Positions 18,995-28,546 of a stretch of DNA of 64,000 nt are shown piece after piece. The stretch lies in the NCBI GenBank assembly GCA_051874735.1, contig JBJEGD010000031.1:34681-98680 (forward strand), in the 5' to 3' direction. The notes under the pieces are model-generated. The model was not told where the DNA came from. It made no database searches and worked only from the letters and a program-made list of their open reading frames with translations. Each line of letters opens with the position of its first letter. Within the stretch, counting starts at the first letter, position 1. A program made the translations under genes and the position numbers. Source of the DNA: Candidatus Bruticola sp. GTDB lineage: Bacteria > Vulcanimicrobiota > Xenobia > Xenobiales > Xenobiaceae.

Positions 18995-20167
18995 TCAAGG
19001 CTTAATTAGGCTATATTGTTTTACTAAGCCTTGAATTTTTTTCTGATTTTGTTCTCCAATAGGCAGATCAGCCGCTTTAATAAAAGCTGCGCGGTTACTT
19101 TCGTCAAGTAACCCTTGGCGCCAATTGGCTAATACCCATCCTATAATTTCACATTCTGGTGGTAAATTAGCGCCATCTTTTTTCGAGGTGGTAAATTTCT
19201 TCAGTGTTTTTGTCAGTCTATCCGTTAAAGCGGTAGGAGAGATAGTTTTTTGCAAGCTGAATAATATATGCAAACGCACAGTGGGATGGCTTTCCCAGCT
19301 CAGCCATTGTAGTAAGGCTTCAGTGCTCTCTACTAAATCAGCTAAACGCAGTCGAATTAAAGCATTAGGATGGATCATAAAATGAGCTGTTTCTTTAGGA
19401 TTTTCTGCGGTAATGCTTTGAGCCATAGAAATTATACTGCTGTTGGTATTCCAATCAGGCCTTTTTAAAAGCCACCCTAGAGCCTTAATGTTTAGGCGCA
19501 ATTTACCATATTTGCCTGCTTCTAAAATTTCATGGCGTATTTTTTCATCAGCACCATCTCCTAAAAACATTTCTAAGGTGGAGGTTTGGTCTGAATCATA
19601 CAGTGATTCCAAAGCTATCTGTACCTCTGCACTTGAGCTCTGATGCTCAGCTAAAGCCAGTCGTTCAGTTGCACTTAATAGAGGCCAGTTGCTGTATCCA
19701 GTCTTGTACAGAAGTTCTATCATCATGCATCTGACGCGTTCTAAATGGGCTTCTAGCGGATTTTCAATAAGATTAAAGACAAAAATATCTTCAATTATCT
19801 CATCGCCTGGGTTATGGCGTAAAACACGCTGCCCATCTAGTACGCGCTCGTATAGATAGCCATTATCTCCCATAAAAAGATCTGATGAAGCATAATGCTT
19901 TGTTTTGATAAGAAGGTAGTTCTCTTCACTGCGGCGTCTTATTTCTAGTTGTACTTTCTCATTCTGAATGCAGCGTCTGATTACACAAGCTTGTTGAGAA
20001 AAACCGTGCATATTTTGGCGAGCCAGCTGTAGCCAGCGTTCTTGATGCTTTTGCGAAGAGGCTGTTGGCAATCCTGTATTGCTAAACTCTAAAATAGGCA
20101 GATCATTTTTTAAAAATTCTTGCAAATCAGTTAATTCGGACACTTTTTTTCTCTTTATATGTTTCAA
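18995..20167 (-). CDS. Hypothetical protein with possible HEAT-like helical C-terminus
   Basis: 390-aa ORF; HPNALIRLRLA and ESHPTVRLHIL resemble HEAT units. Start codon uncertain. Confidence 0.6.
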   Translation of the reverse strand: MKHIKRKKVSELTDLQEFLKNDLPILEFSNTGLPTASSQKHQERWLQLARQNMHGFSQQACVIRRCIQNEKVQLEIRRRSEENYLLIKTKHYASSDLFMGDNGYLYERVLDGQRVLRHNPGDEIIEDIFVFNLIENPLEAHLERVRCMMIELLYKTGYSNWPLLSATERLALAEHQSSSAEVQIALESLYDSDQTSTLEMFLGDGADEKIRHEILEAGKYGKLRLNIKALGWLLKRPDWNTNSSIISMAQSITAENPKETAHFMIHPNALIRLRLADLVESTEALLQWLSWESHPTVRLHILFSLQKTISPTALTDRLTKTLKKFTTSKKDGANLPPECEIIGWVLANWRQGLLDESNRAAFIKAADLPIGEQNQKKIQGLVKQYSLIKP

Positions 20168-20218
20168 GGAAATAGCCAGGAATTGATTCTTTATATATTC
20201 TCTATTTACTTTTTATAA

Positions 20219-20269
20219 GCAGGCAAAAATCGCAGATTATCGAAGGAACTGGTGGTTTCCGTTTGTAAT
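20219..20269 (+). promoter_or_regulatory. Two tandem sigma-H-like promoter candidates upstream of pilT3
   Basis: GCAGGC-N17-GAAG (20219-20245) and GAAGGA-N17-GTAAT (20242-20269). Confidence 0.4.
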
Positions 20270-20322
20270 TTTTGAGACTGGAGTTAGCTCGCTGCTTTCA
20301 GTCTTGCTGTAAAGGTGAATAG

Positions 20323-21441
20323 ATGGACAGTCTGCTTGACTCACGTGAACTTACATTAGACGATTTACTGACAACTATGGTAGAGCGCGGCGCTTCCGAT
20401 CTTCATATTAAAGTAGGCAGCGCTCCTATGATTCGTGTAGATGGTGAGCTTACTCCTGCCACTTACGAAATTCTTGATGGAGCTACGGTACGTCGGCTCT
20501 GCGAAAGTATTCTAACCGATGAACAGAAGGCCAAGTTTATCGCTGATAAAGAGCTAGACTTAGCTTACAGTATTCCTGGTTTGTCCCGATTCCGTGTTAA
20601 CATTTACTTGCAGCGCGGTACTTGGGGAGCAGCCTTGCGTGTTATTCCTTCTCGTCCTTTAACTCTTGAAGAATTGAGAATGCCGCAGACTGTAGCTGAT
20701 TTGGCTATGCGCCCTCGAGGGTTAGTTCTGGTGACCGGACCGACTGGTTCAGGTAAATCTACTACTTTGGCTGCCATGATCGATCATATTAATGAGTCGC
20801 GCCGCTGTCATATCGTCACTTGTGAAGATCCTATTGAGTTTTTGCATAAAGATAAAAATTCAGTTATTTGTCAGCGTGAGGTCGGTGCGGATACGCACAG
20901 TTTCTCTATGGCCTTAAAGCATGTGCTCCGTCAGGATCCCGATGTCATTCTTATAGGAGAAATGCGCGATTTAGAAACTACCCAGATCGCTATTTCTGCT
21001 GCTGAAACTGGTCACTTAGTTCTGGCTACGCTGCACACTAACTCCGCAGCTTCTACTGTTGACCGCGTCATCGATATTTTCCCTCCGCATCAGCAGCAGC
21101 AGGTGCGTATGCAGCTGTCTGTATGTTTGGAGGGAGTTATGTGTCAAAGCCTGCTGCCTAAAGCCAAAGGTGGTGGGCGTGTTATGGCCATGGAGCTTAT
21201 GCCTATGATTCCAGCCGTGCGCAACCTTATTCGTGAAGGTAAAACTCACCAAATTCCCAGCGCTATTCAAACTGGCCGCCAGTTCGGTATGATGAGTTTC
21301 GATATGTCACTTCGCGATTTATATCAGCAAGGGCTTATTACTTATGAAGAGGGACTTGCTAAAGCTCATAGCCCTGAAGAGTTTAATCGTCTAATTACTA
21401 ACCCCAATTCGGTAGGTTCGGCCGCTCCCACTTCAGATTAG
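20323..21441 (+). CDS. pilT: Canonical PilT retraction ATPase (paralog 3)
   Basis: GASDLH, GPTGSGKSTT, DPDVILIGEMRD, GHLVLATLH, and AVRNLIRE (the AIRNLIRE motif). Confidence 0.95.
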   Translation: MDSLLDSRELTLDDLLTTMVERGASDLHIKVGSAPMIRVDGELTPATYEILDGATVRRLCESILTDEQKAKFIADKELDLAYSIPGLSRFRVNIYLQRGTWGAALRVIPSRPLTLEELRMPQTVADLAMRPRGLVLVTGPTGSGKSTTLAAMIDHINESRRCHIVTCEDPIEFLHKDKNSVICQREVGADTHSFSMALKHVLRQDPDVILIGEMRDLETTQIAISAAETGHLVLATLHTNSAASTVDRVIDIFPPHQQQQVRMQLSVCLEGVMCQSLLPKAKGGGRVMAMELMPMIPAVRNLIREGKTHQIPSAIQTGRQFGMMSFDMSLRDLYQQGLITYEEGLAKAHSPEEFNRLITNPNSVGSAAPTSD

Positions 21442-21549
21442 TTAATTTATAATAAGAATTTTTTGGGGAGGGATAAACACAGGTCCGGCTGCGCTTACAA
21501 AACGGTGTTGCGTGTATTGGCTGAGAATTAAAGAGAGGTATAGCTACAC

Positions 21550-22617
21550 ATGAACGTTGAAGAGTTATTTACTACTATGGTTGAACGCAGAGCTTCTCAT
21601 CTGCACTTGGTACCCGGCAGTCCGATTCTTATGCGTATCAATAATCAGTTGGTTAGTCTTGATGGACCTGTTTTGAGTCCAGCTGATACAGATTCGTTCA
21701 GCAGAGCCATTATGAATGATGACCTTATCGATGAGTTTGAGGAACGCATGGAGTGCGATTTTGCTTTTTCTGTGCCGGGTTTATCCAGATTTCGTGTAAA
21801 CGTTTATAGGCAGCGCGGATCTGTGGCTTGCGTAGTCTCAACAAATCCTCCCTCTGCTCCTACTTTGGAGAGCTTGGGTATTCCGGAGTTGATTAAAAAT
21901 CAGGTCTCCGGATCTAGTTCTGGTTTGGTAATTGTTTGCGGACCTAAACAATCGGGTAAGAGTAATACTGTAGCTGCTTTAGTTAACTATATTTTGGAAA
22001 ACCGCTGCTGTCAGATTGTTTCCTTAGAAGATCCGTTGGACTTCCTGCACCGTAATCAGAAGGGGGTAATCTGTCAGCGTGAAATCGGTACCGATGTTTT
22101 ATCTTATAAAGATGCTTTCGCTTCGCTTTCTCGTCAGGGAGCCGATGTTGTGGTGGTCTCTAAGTTGGAAGGGCAGGAGTCAATCCAAGAGGTGCTTAAC
22201 TTAGCTGCTGCCGGTACCTTAGTTATTGCCAGCTCTACAGCTGCCAGTGTTCAGGTTATGCTGGAAAAAATTATCGATTCTTATCCTCCTCACCTTTCTC
22301 AGTCGTGCCGCAACAGTTTGGCTTTAGGTTTAAAGGCTATTGTCGGCCAAGTTTTGTTGCGCAAAGCGTCTGGAGAGGGGTTAGTTCCTGCCTTTGAACT
22401 TTTGGTCTCTACTGGTAAGCTTAAAGAGTTACTGCGTGAAAATAAATTGGCCCAGATCGGTCCCTATATGTCGGCTTCTGCTCGTGAGCACGGTATGCAG
22501 ACTCAGGAAATGGCCTTGCGCTTCTTAGTCCGCAAAAACATTGTTACCATGGAAGAAGCTGTCAGGCAGAGCAGCCGTCCGGAAGATTTCAAGAAGATTA
22601 TGAGCCTGCCTTACTAG
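21550..22617 (+). CDS. Degenerate PilT-like protein (paralog 4), probable pseudo-ATPase
   Basis: PilT fold motifs retained (SRFRVNVYRQRG, QREIGTD). Walker A reads GPKQSGKSN, Walker B reads GADVVVVSKLE, and the His box is lost. Confidence 0.85.
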   Translation: MNVEELFTTMVERRASHLHLVPGSPILMRINNQLVSLDGPVLSPADTDSFSRAIMNDDLIDEFEERMECDFAFSVPGLSRFRVNVYRQRGSVACVVSTNPPSAPTLESLGIPELIKNQVSGSSSGLVIVCGPKQSGKSNTVAALVNYILENRCCQIVSLEDPLDFLHRNQKGVICQREIGTDVLSYKDAFASLSRQGADVVVVSKLEGQESIQEVLNLAAAGTLVIASSTAASVQVMLEKIIDSYPPHLSQSCRNSLALGLKAIVGQVLLRKASGEGLVPAFELLVSTGKLKELLRENKLAQIGPYMSASAREHGMQTQEMALRFLVRKNIVTMEEAVRQSSRPEDFKKIMSLPY

Positions 22618-22740
22618 TACATTATTTGTAAAGTTGGCCTATTTGTTGTAGACTTTTGCCGCTTTATAGCGGAAAAAGTCTACACTGCATTATTGGGAAT
22701 TTAAATCGATTTTATAAACGTTGGAGGGTTCTATAACAAT

Positions 22741-24033
22741 ATGTTAGACGTCAAATTAATTCGTCGCGATACGGAGCGTGTGAAGAAAGCTTTGGGCCGT
22801 CGCGGTGTTAAACCGGAAACTATCGATGCTATTTTATCGCTCGACGTAAAACGACGCGATCTTATTACCAAGGCTGATGAGCTGAAAAAAGAGCGCAATA
22901 AAGTTTCAGCTGACTTGGGCAAACGTAAAAAGGCTGGAGAAGATATTACGGCTGACTCTGCTAAAATGCGTGAAGTAGGAGCTCAAATTGCTTCTCTCGA
23001 TGCAGAAAAAGTGGCTATAGAAGAAGAACAGGTACACTTAGTAGAAGTTTTGCCTAATTTACCTCAGGAAGATATTCCCGATGGTCCCGATTCCGATTAC
23101 AACAAAGAGGTACGTCGGATTGGCGAATTTAAAGAGTACGATTTTGAAGTTAAGCCACATTGGGATATAGGCGAAGAACTAGGCATCTTAGACAGTAAGA
23201 GAGCTGTTAAATTATCTGGTTCCCGCTTTTGGCTGCTTTGTGGAGAAGGCGCCCGCTTAGAGCGCGCTATCTATAGTTATATGTTAGACATGCATACGCA
23301 GAAGCACGGCTATAAAGAGATGCTGCCTCCAGTTTTAGTCAGTCCTGATACCTTATATGCTACTGGTCAGCTGCCTAAATTTAAAGAAGATCTTTTCCAT
23401 TGCTCGCCTAACGATCTCTATTTGATTCCTACCGCTGAGGTGCCTTTAACTAACATCCATAGGGAAGAAGTGCTTGATGCTAAAGATCTGCCTATTTATT
23501 ATACCGCTTGTACTGCTTGCTTCCGCTCGGAAGCTGGAGCTGCCGGTCGCGATTCTCGAGGATTGGTGCGTGTCCATCAGTTCAACAAGGTAGAAATGGT
23601 AAAAATCGTCAATCCCGATACCTCCAATGAAGAATTGGAAAAAATGGTTAATGACGCCGAAGATATTTTGAAGGGACTCGGCATTCCTTACCGGGTAGTA
23701 TTGCTCTGCGCCGGCGATATGGGGTTGTCGTCTTCAAAAACTTACGATTTAGAGTTCTGGTCTCCTGCTCAGCAGCGTTTCATCGAAATTTCCTCTTGTT
23801 CTAACTGTTGGGATTATCAGGCTAGGCGCGCCAACATGCGTTTCCGCCGCGAGCCTTCCGCTCCGACAGAGTATGTTCATACTTTAAATGGATCTGGTTT
23901 GGCCGTTGGACGCACTATGGTCGCTATTTTAGAAAACTTCCAGCAGCCTGATGGCTCAGTCTTAATTCCTGAAGCTTTGCGTCCTTATATGGGCGGTCAA
24001 GAGCGTTTAGTTCCTAAAGTAGCTAAATCTTAA
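22741..24033 (+). CDS. serS: Seryl-tRNA synthetase
   Basis: MLDVKLIR, TGQLPKF, LIPTAEV, FRSEAG, HTLNGSGLAVGR. Confidence 0.98.
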   Translation: MLDVKLIRRDTERVKKALGRRGVKPETIDAILSLDVKRRDLITKADELKKERNKVSADLGKRKKAGEDITADSAKMREVGAQIASLDAEKVAIEEEQVHLVEVLPNLPQEDIPDGPDSDYNKEVRRIGEFKEYDFEVKPHWDIGEELGILDSKRAVKLSGSRFWLLCGEGARLERAIYSYMLDMHTQKHGYKEMLPPVLVSPDTLYATGQLPKFKEDLFHCSPNDLYLIPTAEVPLTNIHREEVLDAKDLPIYYTACTACFRSEAGAAGRDSRGLVRVHQFNKVEMVKIVNPDTSNEELEKMVNDAEDILKGLGIPYRVVLLCAGDMGLSSSKTYDLEFWSPAQQRFIEISSCSNCWDYQARRANMRFRREPSAPTEYVHTLNGSGLAVGRTMVAILENFQQPDGSVLIPEALRPYMGGQERLVPKVAKS

Positions 24034-24070
24034 CTGTTTATATAGTTATAAAAAACATCAACTATCTTGG

Positions 24071-24111
24071 AGCACTGTCAAATTTAATTGCGGTTGACAG
24101 TGCTTTTTTTT
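24071..24111 (+). terminator. Intrinsic terminator after serS
   Basis: AGCACTGTCAA...TTGACAGTGCT followed by a T-run. Confidence 0.8.
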
Positions 24112-24330
24112 GCTCTAGTCAAAAAACAGGAGCAGCTGTAATATTTATTGAATTATGCGCAGGTTGAGGAGAAATCAATTTAGAGTGGTTTTCTTCTGTA
24201 TGAGGCGGGCTTTTTTATACCGTTAGTGTTATCGATAAATAAAAAGTCAGCTGAGTATAATTTCAGGTTGTTTCCATGAAGCAAGACTGACGTAATTTCC
24301 CATATCTATGCATTTTAGGAGGTTCCGGCA

Positions 24331-24942
24331 GTGATCGTTGTACAATACGACCAGGACCCCGAGACTATTACCCAAGCTGTTCAGAAACTTCGTTCTGGCG
24401 GCGTAATTATTTATCCTACAGACACCCTTTACGGTATTGGTTGTGATGCTCTTAATCCTCAGGCTATTAATAGGGTTTACAATATAAAAAAGCTCAACAA
24501 GCGCAAACCGTTGTCTTTGCTGTGTTGCGATCTGAGTCAAATTTCCAAATATGCTCACGTAAACCAGCAGGCCTATACTTTGCTCAGGCGTCTTCTGCCT
24601 GGGCCTTATACTTTTATTTTGCCTGCTACTAAGCTGGTTCCCCGTGTTGTCGTCAACAAGCAGCGCAAGGTTGGCATTCGCGTTCCCGACAACGAAGTAT
24701 GTTTGAACATTATTCGCGAATTGGGAAGCCCACTGATGAATACTTCAGCTAGTTATGAAACCGACGAAGAAGTTAACGATCCAGAAGTTATAAAAACTTA
24801 TTATCGTGACGTTGATATGCTGATCGACTGTGGGCCCGCTGAGTGGTCTCAGTCTTCTATCATAGATTTAAGTGGTTCTGCTCCGTCGGTAATTCGCTAT
24901 GGTAAAGGAGATGTTGAAAGCGCTTTATGTATTGTCAATTAG
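24331..24942 (+). CDS. L-threonylcarbamoyladenylate synthase (TsaC/YrdC/YciO family)
   Basis: YPTDTLYGIGCD, KPLS, LLPGPYTFIL, VGIRVP; AGGAGG SD. Confidence 0.88.
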   Translation: MIVVQYDQDPETITQAVQKLRSGGVIIYPTDTLYGIGCDALNPQAINRVYNIKKLNKRKPLSLLCCDLSQISKYAHVNQQAYTLLRRLLPGPYTFILPATKLVPRVVVNKQRKVGIRVPDNEVCLNIIRELGSPLMNTSASYETDEEVNDPEVIKTYYRDVDMLIDCGPAEWSQSSIIDLSGSAPSVIRYGKGDVESALCIVN

Positions 24943-25348
24943 CTTCTAAGGCTGAATGGCTGAATTTTTAAAGACTGAGTCCTTTATAAAAAGACTTAGT
25001 CTTTTTTTATATACTTAAGAGCCTATAAAAATTAGTTTATTTGCATTTTAGTGAGCCTGCTAGAAGATTATGCGTGCTAGAGGAAGGCTTTGTGTTTGTC
25101 TTTGTTTTCTGTTAGTAGGTTATCTAAAATTAGCTTTAAAGATGATTTTTAGCAAAATTCTTGTTTAGTACCGATTAGTAAACATTTAGTAATAGTTACT
25201 TGTTGCTAATCTATCTGCCTAAGTGTTATCCTTTATTGCAGAGGATTGGAGCTGTTTCCGGCTGTAGTTGCTGAAACTTAGTCAGATCTAGTTCCAATGG
25301 GGGAGGGCAAGAATCTTATTTCAGATTCTTGGAAGGAGGTTTTAGGTC

Positions 25349-26833
25349 GTGAGAACAGATTGTATAGGCAGTACTTCGGTTAATAACAGAACTTATACTG
25401 AATCTATTAGCAGTTCAGTTAGTGGCAAGCCGGAGGCTAAGGTCAATAGTGAAAGTAGTGCGGTCAGCACTCCGATAGATGCTTTCCAAAGTTCAGATAT
25501 GTCCGTTACAGATGATGGCAGCGTGCGCTTTATTCTCAGCTTTGGAAAAGACGTCAAAACAGCCGATACAGAGAAGTTCCTCAGGACTCAAGAAAATTCA
25601 GGCAACGTTGTTTCTAACCAATTCCCCTTAATTAACGGATATTCCGTCGATGTTAAGCCTGAAAATATCGATAAAATGCTGACTAGTTTGCCTGTGGGAA
25701 CTCAAATAGCGGTCGATCGTCAGCTAACTTTCGATAATCCCAGCTTAATGAAGAGCGCGTCCGGTGAGAATTCAGCCTCAGCTAAAAAAGATGTAGTCGA
25801 CGTTTCCGATGCTCTAATCGGCATGAATGAAGTATGGGATATGGGCTATACAGGTAAAGGCCAAACGATTGCCATTATAGACTCAGGTATTTACCCTCAT
25901 CCCGATTTAGAGGATAAGATTACCGGATGGGTCGATATGCATGAGGGTACGCTTAAACCGACTGATACTTATGGCCATGGTACCCATGTGGCCGGTATCG
26001 CAGCTGGTAGCGGGGTGAAGTCTGCCGGAGTACATAAAGGTGTAGCTCCCGACGCTAATGTGGTGGGTGTTCGCATAAATAATGTATCTGAAGCTATAAA
26101 AGGCATTCAGTGGGTTATTGAAAATAAAGATCGGCTTGGAATTGGAGTAATTAATATTTCTTTGGGCGACTTCGCTATGCGCTCATATAAAGATGATCCT
26201 TGGGCTCAAGCCGCTGAAAAAGCTATGGAAGCTGGCTTAGTTGTTTGTGTAGCAGCTGGTAACGATGGACCTTCAGAGAGTAATATCTCTACGCCGGGTA
26301 TCCATCCCGACGTCATTACAGTAGGTGCTCTCGATGACAACGGCACCCTCGATCGCTCCGATGATAAGATCGCCGATTTCTCCAGCCGCGGTCCTACGAA
26401 TGTCGACGGTATTAATAAACCCGATCTGGTTGCTCCTGGCGTTGATATTTACGCTCCTTTAGCTCCTAATGCGGATATCGATAACGAGAATCTGCCCCAT
26501 TGGGGATCTGACTATATAGCTATTTCCGGTACTTCTATGGCTACTCCTATGGTCGCTGGCGTAGCTGCTTGTTTAAAGCAGGCCAATCCGAATCTCACTC
26601 ACAAAGATGTTAAAGAAATTTTAGTCAAGAGTTGCGATAATTACTTGGATGAACCCAAAAATGTGCAGGGAGCGGGTTTAATTAACGCCAAGAAGGCCCT
26701 AGAATTAGCTTTAACTTGGGATACTTCCAAGGATATTGCCGAGCTTACAAAGTCGGCTGAATCTCAAGCCTCACGTTCTCAGCCTTCAATTCAGTCTGAG
26801 CAAGTTTCTGATGGTGGGTTCATAATGGCTTAG
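25349..26833 (+). CDS. S8 subtilisin-family serine protease (AprX-like) with Ser-rich N-terminus and propeptide
   Basis: Catalytic triad IIDSG / HGTHVAG / GTSMATP and oxyanion AAGN; AAGGAGG SD. Confidence 0.93.
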   Translation: MRTDCIGSTSVNNRTYTESISSSVSGKPEAKVNSESSAVSTPIDAFQSSDMSVTDDGSVRFILSFGKDVKTADTEKFLRTQENSGNVVSNQFPLINGYSVDVKPENIDKMLTSLPVGTQIAVDRQLTFDNPSLMKSASGENSASAKKDVVDVSDALIGMNEVWDMGYTGKGQTIAIIDSGIYPHPDLEDKITGWVDMHEGTLKPTDTYGHGTHVAGIAAGSGVKSAGVHKGVAPDANVVGVRINNVSEAIKGIQWVIENKDRLGIGVINISLGDFAMRSYKDDPWAQAAEKAMEAGLVVCVAAGNDGPSESNISTPGIHPDVITVGALDDNGTLDRSDDKIADFSSRGPTNVDGINKPDLVAPGVDIYAPLAPNADIDNENLPHWGSDYIAISGTSMATPMVAGVAACLKQANPNLTHKDVKEILVKSCDNYLDEPKNVQGAGLINAKKALELALTWDTSKDIAELTKSAESQASRSQPSIQSEQVSDGGFIMA

Positions 26834-26859
26834 GGCCTTTAGTCAATTCCTATATCAAT

Positions 26860-26906
26860 GCGCTTCCGAAACTGTAACTATTTGAGTCGGGAGCGCTTTT
26901 TTTTTT
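26860..26906 (+). terminator. Intrinsic terminator
   Basis: GCGCTTCCGA...TCGGGAGCGC followed by a T-run. Confidence 0.75.
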
Positions 26907-27067
26907 GTCTCTAACTGTGGGAGGTACTTATTGAGTTCATGAACAAAACAGTGTAAACTCACAATTCGATAAACGATTATAAAAGGCTGTTTTTGTTTGC
27001 TCTTAGGCAAGTTTGATTGCTGAACAGAGCAGAAAAATTAGATGATAAGGTAAGGTTTTTTTACGAT

Positions 27068-28546
27068 ATGGCTATTCGTTTTTTTAATACTATGAGCCGG
27101 ACTCTGGAAGAATTCCATCCTATTGCTGAGGCTGAGCCAGGCCATCCCTGTAAAGTTGGACTTTACACTTGTGGTCCTACCGTTCACGATTTTGCTCATA
27201 TCGGCAATTTCCGTACCTATGTTTTTGAAGATATTTTGAGACGCTATCTGGAGTATCGCGGTTATAAAGTTACTCATGTAATGAATATTACCGACGTCGA
27301 AGATAAGACTATACGCAAGGCCCGCACCCAGCAGGTGCCTTTAAGTGCTATCACTGAGCCATTTATTGAAGCTTTTTTTGCCGATCTGGAGAGTTTGAAT
27401 ATAGAAAAAGCTACTTACTATCCTAGGGCGACTAAACATGTTGGACGTATGGCCGATATGATTAGGGATCTTATGTCCAAAGGATATGCTTACCGTTCAG
27501 AAGACGGCTCCATTTACTATAATATCGCTAAGTTTAAAAAATACGGTAAGTTAGCTCATATAAAAGTCGATGAGCTGCAAAGTGGAGCCAGAGTATCACA
27601 AGATGAGTACGAAAAAGGCACCGCAGCTGATTTTGCCCTGTGGAAAGCTTGGGATGAAAATGACGGCGATGTTTATTGGGACGAATATCCTGATTTGGGC
27701 AAAGGACGCCCCGGTTGGCATATAGAGTGCTCTGCGATGAGTACTCAGTATTTAGGCAATCATTTTGATATTCACACTGGTGGTGTAGATAATATCTTCC
27801 CGCATCATCAGAATGAAATTGCTCAGACTGAGCCTTATACGGGAGAGCCTTTTGTAAACTACTGGCTCCACTCCGAGCATCTTCAAGTAGAAGGCAAAAA
27901 AATGAGTAAATCTTTAGGTAATTTCTATAAGTTGCGTGATTTGCTTGATGGCTCTAAAAATGCTTCAGGAAAAAGTTGGAATGCCTTAGCTGTGCGTTAT
28001 CTGCTTCTTTCTACTCATTATCGCACTCGTCTCGATTTTACCTTTAGCGGTTTGCAAACAGCTCAAGATACTAGAGATAATTTAATATCGTTTGCTCGCC
28101 GTTTAAAAGAGCAGGAAGGCCCTCGAGAGGTTTCGCCTGAGCTTGGCAAATTGGTCGAAGATAGTCGTCGTAAGTTTATTGAGGCTATGGATAGCGATCT
28201 CAATACTCCAGAAGCTTTAGCTGTTTTGTTCGCTTTGCGTCGCGATGTGAATAAAGCTATCGATGAAGGAGGAGATATCGGCAAAAATGGAGCTAATATT
28301 ATCCTTAAGCTGTTGGAAGAATTTGATAGAGTGTTGGCTTTGAATATTGTTGCAGATGCAGAAAAAATTGACGCCGATGAAATTACTGAAGAGGAAAAAA
28401 ACTTAATTGAGGCTCGTCAGCAGGCCCGCAAAGAGCGAAATTTCCAGAAAGCTGACTGTATTCGTGATCAGCTGTTGGAACGCGGCATTATTTTAGAAGA
28501 TACTCCTAAGGGGTTAAGATGGAAGATAGATTCAAACAAAAGATGA
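27068..28546 (+). CDS. cysS: Cysteinyl-tRNA synthetase
   Basis: YTCGPTV, HIGN, DFALWK, GRPGWHIECSAM, KMSKS. Confidence 0.98.
   Translation: MAIRFFNTMSRTLEEFHPIAEAEPGHPCKVGLYTCGPTVHDFAHIGNFRTYVFEDILRRYLEYRGYKVTHVMNITDVEDKTIRKARTQQVPLSAITEPFIEAFFADLESLNIEKATYYPRATKHVGRMADMIRDLMSKGYAYRSEDGSIYYNIAKFKKYGKLAHIKVDELQSGARVSQDEYEKGTAADFALWKAWDENDGDVYWDEYPDLGKGRPGWHIECSAMSTQYLGNHFDIHTGGVDNIFPHHQNEIAQTEPYTGEPFVNYWLHSEHLQVEGKKMSKSLGNFYKLRDLLDGSKNASGKSWNALAVRYLLLSTHYRTRLDFTFSGLQTAQDTRDNLISFARRLKEQEGPREVSPELGKLVEDSRRKFIEAMDSDLNTPEALAVLFALRRDVNKAIDEGGDIGKNGANIILKLLEEFDRVLALNIVADAEKIDADEITEEEKNLIEARQQARKERNFQKADCIRDQLLERGIILEDTPKGLRWKIDSNKR

Noticed and set aside
25140-25180. Sigma-28-like promoter (ACCGATTA) upstream of the S8 protease
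   Set aside because: There is no properly spaced TAAA -35 element, so the match is too weak.
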